Shown: positions 17,939 through 25,716 of the stretch, piece by piece
Numbering within the stretch: the first letter of the stretch is position 1
Layout of the letters: the number at the start of each line of letters is the position of its first letter
IMG/VR virus record: IMGVR_UViG_3300022685_000036
Span: 1-53,330 of that record
DNA length: 53,330 nt
Strand: one strand, 5' to 3'
Origin: a virus
Taxonomy: Duplodnaviria > Caudoviricetes
The notes under the pieces: model-generated
Databases searched by the model: none
Told to the model about the DNA's origin: nothing
Seen by the model: only the letters and a program-made list of their open reading frames with translations
Position numbers and translations under genes: made by a program

Positions 17939-18376
17939 ATGCAACCCCAGCTCAATTTCGAATCAATGTCCGGACCCGAGCTTGTCGAGTGGTACAACAA
18001 GCACGCCCACAAGCCTGTCACCAAGTTCGCTTCCCGCGCCAAAGGCATCGATCGATGCTGGAAGCTGCTGGACGCGATGCGGTTCGACGCTCCGGACGAA
18101 CAGCAAGAGACAGCAACCATGAACGAAGAAACCCAAATCAACACTCCTGACCCGGATCGCAGCGCAGCGATGGCCACCAGCTGGCAGGACCCCGAGGTCC
18201 GCGCCAAGCGTGCCGCTCGCCACGCCATCACCGTCAACGGCGAAACGTACAAGTCCATGTACAAGGCATTCGAGGTGCTGGGCCTGGATCTGAAGGACCA
18301 CGCCAAGGTGCGGATGCAGTGCGTTCAGAACGGCACCGTCGAGTACGAAGGCCACACCTTCAAGCTCGCCAGCTAA
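17939..18376 (+). CDS. Hypothetical protein
   Basis: RBS AACTGGAG; SWQDPEVRAKR...VNGETYKS. Confidence 0.75.
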   Translation: MQPQLNFESMSGPELVEWYNKHAHKPVTKFASRAKGIDRCWKLLDAMRFDAPDEQQETATMNEETQINTPDPDRSAAMATSWQDPEVRAKRAARHAITVNGETYKSMYKAFEVLGLDLKDHAKVRMQCVQNGTVEYEGHTFKLAS

Positions 18377-18388
18377 CCGAGCACTCTC

Positions 18389-18470
18389 TTGGTTCATGGG
18401 CACTGCGCCAAGGTAAGGAAAGTCAGCGACCTTTCCTAGAGTTGTCGCTAGCAGGCCCACCATCAACCAA
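18389..18470 (+). ncRNA. Candidate structured leader RNA with H-type pseudoknot
   Basis: Nested complementary segments plus loop-downstream pairing (see findings). Confidence 0.45.
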
Positions 18471-18488
18471 ACTGGAGATTGAAGCGTT

Positions 18489-19265
18489 ATGAGAGCCTAC
18501 ACCGAAGACGACCTCCGCAGCGCTGCGCCGGCGGTTTTCGCAGAGGCCCCCGCCACCAACGTCAGCGGCAAGTACCAGTTCGTGAGCACCATCGACTTGG
18601 TGCGCGAGTTCTGGGACCGCGACTACGTCGTGGTCGACGCCGCGCAGGCCAGCGTCCGCAAGAACAGCTCCCGCGACTCGCTTCACGCCCTCCACATGCT
18701 GCGGCTCCAGCCGGCCAACGCGCCGCAGGAGCTTGACGGCCTGTTCCAGCAAATCCTGCTCAGCAACAGCCATCGCGGCCACAACGCGCTGAATTTCGGT
18801 GTCGGCATCTACCGCTTGGTCTGCACGAACGGAATGGTGGTCGGCAAGGCCGAGTCGCACTATCGGGCGCGGCACACGGGCAACGTCCATCAGACGATCG
18901 ACGAAGCGCTGCCGCACATCTTCCGTTCCCAGGAGCGGGCGCTGGAGCGCGTGGAGCGTTGGGCCGATATCGAGCTGACGCCTGCCCGCATCGAGCGCTT
19001 CGCCGACGAAGCCGCCGCGCTCCGCTCCGGGCGCTCGCCGCACGGCTACGACCTCGCCGACGTGCTGCGCGTGCGCCGCGCCGAGGACGAGGGCAACTCG
19101 CTGTGGCGCGTGTTCAACCGCGTGCAGGAGAACCTGACGCAGGGCGGCGTTCAGACAACCACCGCCAACGGCCAAACGCGCACCACCCGTCCTCTGCGCG
19201 GCATCGGACTCAACATGCGGTTCAACGCTGATCTCTGGGATCTGGCCGACGCGGTCGTAGCTTAA
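18489..19265 (+). CDS. DUF932-family protein
   Basis: APAVFAE.P...S.KY.F..T, LLSNSH.G, GIYRLVCTNGMVVG, NSLWRVFNRVQENL. Confidence 0.85.
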   Translation: MRAYTEDDLRSAAPAVFAEAPATNVSGKYQFVSTIDLVREFWDRDYVVVDAAQASVRKNSSRDSLHALHMLRLQPANAPQELDGLFQQILLSNSHRGHNALNFGVGIYRLVCTNGMVVGKAESHYRARHTGNVHQTIDEALPHIFRSQERALERVERWADIELTPARIERFADEAAALRSGRSPHGYDLADVLRVRRAEDEGNSLWRVFNRVQENLTQGGVQTTTANGQTRTTRPLRGIGLNMRFNADLWDLADAVVA

Positions 19266-19283
19266 CCCCACAACTAAACCCCG

Positions 19284-19297
19284 CGCCAAGGACGGCG
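19284..19297 (+). promoter_or_regulatory. CsrA/RsmA-consensus RNA hairpin, copy 3
   Basis: CGCC-AAGGAC-GGCG directly before the AACTGGAG RBS of the FAD oxidoreductase. Confidence 0.6.
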
Positions 19298-19317
19298 CCC
19301 AACTGGAGAATGCAGCA

Positions 19318-20217
19318 ATGCCAATTGCCCGCATAATCGGCGCAGGCTACTCCGGCCTGATCGCGGGGTTTGCGTTCCCGCAAATCCCGATCATCGAATC
19401 CGCCCCCGAACCAATCGAGCGCCACAAGGCTGTGCTGCGGTTCCGCACCGACCGCATCTCCGCGCTGACCGGCGTCGAGTTTCGGCGCGTGAACGTGCGC
19501 AAGGCAATCTGGTCCCACGGGCGCGAAACCGCGCCAACGGTCGCGCTGGCCAACCAGTACAGCATCAAGGTGCTGGGCCGCGTGGAGAACGACCGTTCGA
19601 TCTGGAATCTGGAACCGGTGGAGCGTTTCATCGCTCCGACCGACTTCTACTTCCAGCTCGTGGATCGGATGGCGGGTCGTATCAATTGGAATTTGAGTTG
19701 GGATTTCACAACGGCGTACGGGCCTGTGATCTCCACTGTGCCGCTGCCAACTCTGATCAAGATCAAGGGTCTTCACACAGGTCTGCACTTCGCCTCCGAG
19801 CCTATCGTCGTCGAGCGGTGTCATGTTCCGAAGTGCGACGTGTTTCAAACCATCTACTTCCCCGACCCCGAACTAGAGGTTTTTCGCGCGTCGATCACCG
19901 GCTCGATGCTGATTATGGAGTTTCGCGGTGAGCCCGCCATGGACGACTACCGCGCGGTGGCGGCGGCATTCGGGGTGGACCCAGAGATGCCGGGAACGCG
20001 CCACAATCAGCGGTACGGCAAGATTGCGCGCATAGCGGACGACGCCGCCCGCCGCGCGCTGTTGCATCGGCTGACCGCCGACCACGGCATCTACTCCCTC
20101 GGGCGGTTCGCCACGTGGCGCAACATACTGCTGGACGACCTGCCGCACGACTGCGCGGTGATCCGCCGCATTGAATCTGGCGGCGCGTACGCCGCCCAAC
20201 TGGAGGCTGCACGATGA
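19318..20217 (+). CDS. FAD/NAD(P)-binding oxidoreductase-like protein
   Basis: N-terminal Rossmann IIGAGYSGLIA; VISTVPL; C-terminal IYSLGRFATWR. Confidence 0.8.
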   Translation: MPIARIIGAGYSGLIAGFAFPQIPIIESAPEPIERHKAVLRFRTDRISALTGVEFRRVNVRKAIWSHGRETAPTVALANQYSIKVLGRVENDRSIWNLEPVERFIAPTDFYFQLVDRMAGRINWNLSWDFTTAYGPVISTVPLPTLIKIKGLHTGLHFASEPIVVERCHVPKCDVFQTIYFPDPELEVFRASITGSMLIMEFRGEPAMDDYRAVAAAFGVDPEMPGTRHNQRYGKIARIADDAARRALLHRLTADHGIYSLGRFATWRNILLDDLPHDCAVIRRIESGGAYAAQLEAAR

Positions 20218-20975
20218 AAGTGACGCTGAAACGCTACACCCCCGACGCGCTCGACCTGCTGCTCGCGACCAAGGAGACCCGCCTGGGCGGCACGGATGAC
20301 CCTGCCCGCTGGTCCGAGGAGCGAAAGGCTGAGCATCTGCAGTACATGCTCGGCACCATCAAGTCCAGCTGGGAGTTCGTGGATTACGTCTTCCACATCA
20401 GCGGCGTCTCCCGTGCCTTCACTCATCAGCTGGTCCGCACCCGCCAGGGCAGCTACGCTCAGGAGAGCCAGCGCACGGTGGACGCGCGCGACAACGGCGT
20501 GGTCCTTCCGGAATTCGAAACGGCGGCTGGAGAGCTTGCATTCACGGCGATCACGGACAGGATCTTCCGAGCTTACGCGGAGATGATCGACGCGGGCGAA
20601 AAGCCGCAGAACGCTCGGGCCATCCTCCCGACCGCAACCGCCACGTCGATCTGGGCGAAGTTCAACCTCCGCACCCTCAGCGACATGGCTCGTGTGCGGC
20701 TCTGCACCCGCACCCAGGGCGAGTACCAGCGGGTGTTCCGAGAGATGTGCGACGAAGTTGTTGCGGTCCACCCCTGGGCCGAGCCGTTTCTGGCGGTCGA
20801 GTGCGTGGCGAGCGGCACCTGCGCGTTCCCCAATTATGGGCCGGACCACTGCCCGATCTACCACCCCTCGCTCGACCGCACCGAGGTGAAGCGCCAACAG
20901 CGTGAGCGGTTCTTCACCGCGCCCATCCATGAAGCCGCTCCGCAGCGAGGCAAAGACAGCCGGAGTATTGGATAA
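20214..20975 (+). CDS. thyX: Flavin-dependent thymidylate synthase homologue (variant motif)
   Basis: S.WEF..Y.F.I.GVSRAFTHQLVRTR..SYAQESQR, ARAILP, NLR.L..R.C...Q.E; Cys-rich C-terminal tail. Confidence 0.85.
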   Translation: MKVTLKRYTPDALDLLLATKETRLGGTDDPARWSEERKAEHLQYMLGTIKSSWEFVDYVFHISGVSRAFTHQLVRTRQGSYAQESQRTVDARDNGVVLPEFETAAGELAFTAITDRIFRAYAEMIDAGEKPQNARAILPTATATSIWAKFNLRTLSDMARVRLCTRTQGEYQRVFREMCDEVVAVHPWAEPFLAVECVASGTCAFPNYGPDHCPIYHPSLDRTEVKRQQRERFFTAPIHEAAPQRGKDSRSIG

Positions 20976-21328
20976 TGAAGATGAACGTGCCGTTGCACAA
21001 AATATTCCGTTACAACAAGAGCCTCGCGGCCAAGCTCCGCGAAGGCTACCCCGTGATGATCCAGCCGGACGAGACGGGGGACATCGTTGTTCGCGCTGCA
21101 GATCCGGACACAGGCGTTTATGATTCCATCGGCCAGATCCCGGCGGACAGCGCAGACGCCGACCCGAAGTTCGCCCACTACCCGGCGCTGCAGATGGTGC
21201 AACAAATCGCCGAGCGGCATAACCAGTGGCCGATCGAGTCCAAGCTCACCAAGCATTTCGTGCTTCACAAGAAGGAATACGCCGAGCCGTGGCTTGCGAT
21301 GCAGGTGGAAATTGATACTGGAGAATGA
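20975..21328 (+). CDS. Hypothetical protein in nucleotide cluster
   Basis: TAATG-coupled to thyX. Confidence 0.7.
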   Translation: MKMNVPLHKIFRYNKSLAAKLREGYPVMIQPDETGDIVVRAADPDTGVYDSIGQIPADSADADPKFAHYPALQMVQQIAERHNQWPIESKLTKHFVLHKKEYAEPWLAMQVEIDTGE

Positions 21329-21331
21329 ACG

Positions 21332-21739
21332 ATGATTCTGATTGACATTGACGGCTGCATCAGCGACGACCGTTGGCGGTTGCCGCTTATTGATCACACC
21401 GCCCAAGACCCCTGGCACGACTACCACGTCGCCGCCGAGCACGACGAGCCCGCCAATCTGCACGTGATCACCGAGCCCGCCATCGCGCTCACAGCGATGC
21501 CGGCGCGATACGCGGAGATCCGGCGGCGGTGGCTGCGGCAGCACGCCCCAGCTGTTGTGCGGGTTGTGATGCGACCGGACGGCGACCATTCGTCGTCGCC
21601 GATCCTGAAGCGCAACATGCTCCGCTTCGTGCGCGGCCAGTTCCCCAGCGAGCGCATCCGCGCGGCCTACGACGACCGCGCCGACGTGGTGAGCATGTAC
21701 CGCCGCGCCGGGATCAACGCGGAGGTGTTGGCGGTATGA
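21332..21739 (+). CDS. HAD-family phosphatase (PNKP phosphatase-domain-like)
   Basis: DIDGCISD, MRP.GDH....LK, AYDDR..V..MYR..GI. Confidence 0.85.
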   Translation: MILIDIDGCISDDRWRLPLIDHTAQDPWHDYHVAAEHDEPANLHVITEPAIALTAMPARYAEIRRRWLRQHAPAVVRVVMRPDGDHSSSPILKRNMLRFVRGQFPSERIRAAYDDRADVVSMYRRAGINAEVLAV

Positions 21740-22023
21740 GCAGCGATCCCCTTCAGAACCTGGAGCGCGCCGCCGCCACTTTCCGGGAGCGCAACGCGCA
21801 GTACGGCGATTCCTGGCGGCGATTCGGAACGGTTGCGGCGGCGCTGTTTCCCGACGGCGTCACCATCCGCACCGAGGCCGACTGGGCGCGGTGGGGCGTG
21901 CTGTTCCACGTGATCGACAAGCTCAGCCGCTACGCCGGAGCGCCGCACCGCGATTCGGCTCACGACCTGATCAACTACGCTGCGATGTTGGAGGCACTGA
22001 CCAACGATGTGGGCAGCGGTTGA
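21736..22023 (+). CDS. Nmad1/DUF6378-like all-helical nucleotide pyrophosphatase-type protein
   Basis: ATG 21736; ERNAQYGDS...KLSRY...HRDSAHDLINYAAML. Confidence 0.7.
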   Translation: MSSDPLQNLERAAATFRERNAQYGDSWRRFGTVAAALFPDGVTIRTEADWARWGVLFHVIDKLSRYAGAPHRDSAHDLINYAAMLEALTNDVGSG

Positions 22024-22501
22024 CTTCGAAACCACCGGCCTGTTGCTCCACCCGCAGGCGCAAGCGCCACAGCCGCGCGCTGTGGAGTTTGCCGCCGTGC
22101 GGGAGGACGGCGAGGAGCGGGTGTGGCTGTTCGATCCTGGCGTGCCGCTGCCGCCCGAGATCATCAAGATCACCGGCATCACTCCCGGCATTCTCGACGG
22201 CGCGCCGCCGTTTCAGGAGCTGTGGCCGGAGATCGACATCTTCATGCCCGAGGAGGTCTGGGCGCACAACGCTGCGTTCGACAGCGGCATCCTCCACGCT
22301 GAGCTGGCGCGGTTCGGCGGCAACGACGCGCACCGCTGGCGGTGCACGGTCGAGGAGTACGCCCCGGAGTGGGGTTACCGCCCGCGGCTGATCCATCTGT
22401 ACGAGTGGATGTTCGGAGAGCCGCTCGCCCAGGAGCACCGCGCGTTGAGCGACACGCGGGCGCTGGCAAAAATCGTTCGCACGATGAAAGAAAGTTGTTG
22501 A
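22007..22501 (+). CDS. dnaQ: DEDDh 3'-5' exonuclease (Pol III epsilon-like)
   Basis: DFETTG, ITGIT, AHNAAFD, HRALSD. Confidence 0.9.
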   Translation: MWAAVDFETTGLLLHPQAQAPQPRAVEFAAVREDGEERVWLFDPGVPLPPEIIKITGITPGILDGAPPFQELWPEIDIFMPEEVWAHNAAFDSGILHAELARFGGNDAHRWRCTVEEYAPEWGYRPRLIHLYEWMFGEPLAQEHRALSDTRALAKIVRTMKESC

Positions 22502-22526
22502 CTTCTGAACAGAAACGCGCGATAAT
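22498..22526 (+). promoter_or_regulatory. Early promoter cassette P5
   Basis: TTGACT-N17-GATAAT; -35 box overlaps the dnaQ stop codon. Confidence 0.85.
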
Positions 22527-22578
22527 AGTCCTACGTTGAGGGAACGACCCTCGGCGACCTGAACTGGAGACTGACGAA

Positions 22579-22713
22579 ATGAAAAACATTGAAACGGCGT
22601 ATGTAGAAATCGCAACTCGAGAGCTCATGAAACCGATTTGCATGTATTACTGGTACGAGGGGCATCGGCGCGGATTCTGGATGAACATCAAGAGTCACCG
22701 GACGCGCTGGTAA
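22579..22713 (+). CDS. 44-aa early protein (below ORF-track cutoff)
   Basis: RBS AACTGGAGACTGACGAA-ATG; MKNIETAYVEIATRELMKPICMYYWYEGHRRGFWMNIKSHRTRW. Confidence 0.6.
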   Translation: MKNIETAYVEIATRELMKPICMYYWYEGHRRGFWMNIKSHRTRW

Positions 22714-22719
22714 ACAACC

Positions 22720-22735
22720 ACCCGCTTCGGCGGGT
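22720..22735 (+). terminator. UUCG-capped hairpin, possible terminator or stabiliser
   Basis: ACCCGC-TTCG-GCGGGT; weak U-tract. Confidence 0.45.
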
Positions 22736-22765
22736 TCATCGCCGCCTACAACGAGTTCATTGTTG

Positions 22766-22794
22766 TTGACTCACGAACAGAAATCAGCGATAAT
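22766..22794 (+). promoter_or_regulatory. Early promoter cassette P6
   Basis: TTGACT-N17-GATAAT. Confidence 0.85.
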
Positions 22795-22850
22795 AGTCCT
22801 ACGTTGAGGGAACATCCCTTGGCGATCGAAACTGGAGAGGCAACTGACCG

Positions 22851-23027
22851 ATGACCAAGAACAACTTCACCTACCGCGAGACTTCTGAGAAGATCATCAG
22901 CGATCTGCGCACCCTTCCGGATGTGGTCCGCAGCTCCTGCGGCAAATACACCTCGTCGCCGCTCTACTGGATCATCCTGAGCAACGCTCTGGTCGGCACC
23001 AAGGTCGAGTTCTACAACGTAAAGTAG
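22851..23027 (+). CDS. 58-aa early protein
   Basis: RBS CTGGAGAGG; MTKNNFTYRETSEKIISDLR...VEFYNVK. Confidence 0.6.
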   Translation: MTKNNFTYRETSEKIISDLRTLPDVVRSSCGKYTSSPLYWIILSNALVGTKVEFYNVK

Positions 23028-23071
23028 CAACACCGCAGCCGGGAGTCGCCCTCCCGGCAGGAGACTGAAGA

Positions 23072-23491
23072 ATGCAGACATTCCTCCCCTTCCCCAGCTA
23101 CATCCGCAGCGCCCAGGCGCTGGACTCCCGCCGGCTCGGCAACCAGTGCTACCGCGAGACGCTGACGCTGTTGCGCGGCGGCTGGCCGAACCATCCCGCC
23201 TCCCGTATGTGGCGCGGCTACGAGCACGAGCTTGCGGCCTATGGGCTCACGCTCGCGTTCGAGATGCGCCGCCGGGGCGGCTGGCGCCCCGAGGTCACGG
23301 ACCGCTGGATCAACTTCTACTCCGCCGCCATGCGTGAGCTGCCGTGGTCGCCGCGGCCGCCTTGGCTCGGCGACCCGGAGTTCCACCGCGCGCACCAGAG
23401 CAACCTGATCCGCAAAGACCCGGAGCACTACGGGCGGCTGTTTCCCGGCGTGCCGGACGACCTGCCTTACATCTGGCCGGAGACCGCATGA
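23072..23491 (+). CDS. Pyrimidine-dimer DNA glycosylase-like protein (MSMEG_6728 family)
   Basis: MQTFLP....SA..LD..RLG.Q..E, GW.NHPA..MW.GY, PPWLG...FH..HQSNL.RKDP.HY...LPY.WP. Confidence 0.85.
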   Translation: MQTFLPFPSYIRSAQALDSRRLGNQCYRETLTLLRGGWPNHPASRMWRGYEHELAAYGLTLAFEMRRRGGWRPEVTDRWINFYSAAMRELPWSPRPPWLGDPEFHRAHQSNLIRKDPEHYGRLFPGVPDDLPYIWPETA

Positions 23492-24525
23492 TCCCACAAC
23501 TCAGAGTCCGCACCGAGTACACGTTCAAGCATGTGTACGGCAAGCTGCCGCAGGTCGCTGCGGCGATCTCCGCCGCGCCGGCGGCGGCTATCGTGGACGC
23601 CGAGTCCACCTGGGGCCACGAGCGTTGGGCGTCAGCGCTGAAGCCGCACGGCGTGCGCCCGATGTACGGCGTGGCTGTCGAGGTGCCGTTTGCCGACGGC
23701 CGCAAGCCGCACGGCTGGGTGCTGGCGCGCGACGACATCGGCGAGCTGTACCGGTTCGCCTCCGACGCCGACCCGGATTGGCGCGCGGCGGAGGGGCGTC
23801 TGCTGCGGTTCGCCGGGGCGGCGCTCACCGACCCTGAGGAGTTTGATTACGTTGACGTCAACCCGGCTTCCGCTCGTGCAGCGCTGCGCGCGGTGAAGCT
23901 GGCGCGGCGCACCGGCCGGCCGCTCGTGGTCACGAACCTCAACCGCTGGCCAGCCCCCGAGCACGAGAACGTGGCGCTGGCGCTGTGGGACAACCGCGCT
24001 GTGCGGTACGCTGGACACATCCTCAGCGACGACGAGCTGCGGCGGGCGCTGGTGCCGGAGGTGATGGATGCGGCGACGTTCGACCGCGCCTCGCAGGCCA
24101 CCGCCGACGCCGCCGCGCTGAGCACCGCGCAGCTGCTCCCCGCACCGCAGCTGGAAGTGCCCGGCGACCTGGACGCCGAAATCGAGGCTGGTCGTCAGCT
24201 GCGCATCCGTCAAGGGATGCCGTGGAACGAAGAGTACGCTGCGCGGCTGGCGTCGGAGCGAGAGACGATCGCCGACAAAGGATTCGAGAGCTACTTCATC
24301 GTTGTCGGCGACCTGATGCGCGAGGCCAAGCGGCGAGGCATCATGACCGGAGCGGCACGCGGCAGCGCCGCCGGGAGCCTGGTCAGCTACGTGCTGCAGA
24401 TCACCGAGGTCGACCCCATCAAGCACAATCTGCTGTTCGAGCGGTTTATGGACATAAACCGTGGCGGCTGGTTCTTCACAGACGAGTATCTGGACGAGGT
24501 GGAGGAGCTGCTCAAAAAAAGTTGA
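23488..24525 (+). CDS. dnaE: DNA polymerase III alpha, N-terminal fragment (degenerate PHP domain plus first palm segment)
   Basis: QLRVRTEYT (PHP motif I variant), YGVAV, RL..E...I..KGF.SYF..V.D, ARGSAAGSLVSY.L.ITEVDPI.H.LLFERFMDINR. Confidence 0.92.
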   Translation: MIPQLRVRTEYTFKHVYGKLPQVAAAISAAPAAAIVDAESTWGHERWASALKPHGVRPMYGVAVEVPFADGRKPHGWVLARDDIGELYRFASDADPDWRAAEGRLLRFAGAALTDPEEFDYVDVNPASARAALRAVKLARRTGRPLVVTNLNRWPAPEHENVALALWDNRAVRYAGHILSDDELRRALVPEVMDAATFDRASQATADAAALSTAQLLPAPQLEVPGDLDAEIEAGRQLRIRQGMPWNEEYAARLASERETIADKGFESYFIVVGDLMREAKRRGIMTGAARGSAAGSLVSYVLQITEVDPIKHNLLFERFMDINRGGWFFTDEYLDEVEELLKKS

Positions 24526-24533
24526 AAAAGTTG

Positions 24534-24562
24534 TTGCCTTCGTGAACAAAAAGAGGGATAAT
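24534..24562 (+). promoter_or_regulatory. Early promoter cassette P7
   Basis: TTGCCT-N17-GATAAT, 8 nt after the dnaE-N stop. Confidence 0.85.
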
Positions 24563-24624
24563 AGTCCTACGTTGAGGGAACGGCCCTCGGCGACCCGAAC
24601 AACCCAACCACGAGAACAGCGACA

Positions 24625-24810
24625 ATGACCACCCGCATCTTCACCAGCCGTTTCGACCCCATGATCGTGGTCGTAATTCGTATTGATGGTTCTGCCGCAA
24701 CGATGGAGCATGTCTGGACGGCCTCCGAGAAAAGCAAGATGTTCAAGATCACTGCGGAGCAGGCCGAGGAGAACATCGTTGGCTTCGAGAACGACTCTGA
24801 CTGGGCCTAA
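24625..24810 (+). CDS. Hypothetical early protein
   Basis: Follows P7. Confidence 0.65.
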   Translation: MTTRIFTSRFDPMIVVVIRIDGSAATMEHVWTASEKSKMFKITAEQAEENIVGFENDSDWA

Positions 24811-24825
24811 TAGAACGGCCCTCAA

Positions 24826-24838
24826 CGCCAAGGACGGC
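24826..24838 (+). promoter_or_regulatory. CsrA/RsmA-consensus RNA hairpin, copy 4
   Basis: GCC-AAGGAC-GGC before AACTGGAG. Confidence 0.55.
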
Positions 24839-24860
24839 ACGCCAACTGGAGACTGACGAA

Positions 24861-25013
24861 ATGAAAACCTTCCGCGTCATCAGCATCCGCTCCGACAGCA
24901 AGATTGTTAAGCAGACCATCCGCGCAAAGACAGCCAAGTCTGCCGCTGCTAAGGCTGCCGGCGTTCTCATGTCTATTGCTCAAATCAACGAGGTTGGCGC
25001 CGTCGTCGGCTAA
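24861..25013 (+). CDS. 50-aa basic early protein
   Basis: RBS AACTGGAGACTGACGAA-ATG; MKTFRVISIRSDSKIVKQTIRAK. Confidence 0.65.
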   Translation: MKTFRVISIRSDSKIVKQTIRAKTAKSAAAKAAGVLMSIAQINEVGAVVG

Positions 25014-25032
25014 ACCTAAAGCAGGCAAAACC

Positions 25033-25263
25033 ATGAAATACGCGGCCAAGTTCATCAACTTTTTGCGGGCAGGCGAGACAGAGGAGGAGTTGATTGACGT
25101 GTTCATGACCTTCATAGCCGGCAAATGCCCCTTGCGAGTACCCGCTCAAATGCTGGCTCGGAGCACGGCAGGCGGTCCTCAGACGCATCCAGCCGTCTGC
25201 ATCCTGTTCGTGGATGATTCTATGATCCTGCAGATCGACAGCGATCCGCCGATCTGCACCTGA
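25033..25263 (+). CDS. Hypothetical protein
   Basis: ATG 25033 MKYAAKF; fits operon. Confidence 0.55.
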   Translation: MKYAAKFINFLRAGETEEELIDVFMTFIAGKCPLRVPAQMLARSTAGGPQTHPAVCILFVDDSMILQIDSDPPICT

Positions 25264-25264
25264 C

Positions 25265-25278
25265 CGCCAAGGATGGCG
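25265..25278 (+). promoter_or_regulatory. CsrA/RsmA-consensus RNA hairpin, copy 5
   Basis: CGCC-AAGGAT-GGCG before AACTGGAG. Confidence 0.6.
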
Positions 25279-25299
25279 CCCCAACTGGAGACTGACGAA

Positions 25300-25677
25300 A
25301 TGACCAAGACCATCATCTTTGTTGCAACCCTCGCCGCCAGCTTCAACGCCAGCGCCGACACCAGCGCCGACACCTGGCAGACATGCTCGGAGAACGTCGA
25401 GTCCTACCTCTGGACGAACGGCCTGTGCGGCGCCAGCTCGTGCATGGACGACGCTGGGCGCAGTCTGGAGGAAGCGATCGTTCACGAGTGCGGCTATCCA
25501 GAGTGGACCGCCGCTGAACGCGAGAAGCTCGTCAAGGAGGCAGGCCAGATGTGCGGCCTCGCCGAGGGAGGCGGGCTGGCATGCCCGCGCTACATCAGCT
25601 GCAGCCTCGCGCTGTTCAAGAAGTCCGACCCTATCTATCGGCAGATCTTGGACGCCGTGTTCAGCGCCAACCGATAA
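25300..25677 (+). CDS. Secreted Cys-rich protein
   Basis: Signal peptide MTKTIIFVATLAASFNASA; several Cys in mature part. Confidence 0.7.
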   Translation: MTKTIIFVATLAASFNASADTSADTWQTCSENVESYLWTNGLCGASSCMDDAGRSLEEAIVHECGYPEWTAAEREKLVKEAGQMCGLAEGGGLACPRYISCSLALFKKSDPIYRQILDAVFSANR

Positions 25678-25716
25678 CCCGGCATCGCCAATGACGGCAC
25701 ACTTGGAGCCACCCCA

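Noticed and set aside
14418-24525. Trans-splicing split intein joining the DnaE halves
   Set aside because: No Cys/Ser-initiated intein N-half at the end of dnaE-N and no His-Asn C-half before PDIDVD; the only intein is complete and in cis.
13350-24600. Recurrent ~50-bp repeats as a CRISPR array
   Set aside because: Spacing is irregular (hundreds to thousands of bp), whole genes lie between copies, and each copy has -35/-10 promoter geometry.
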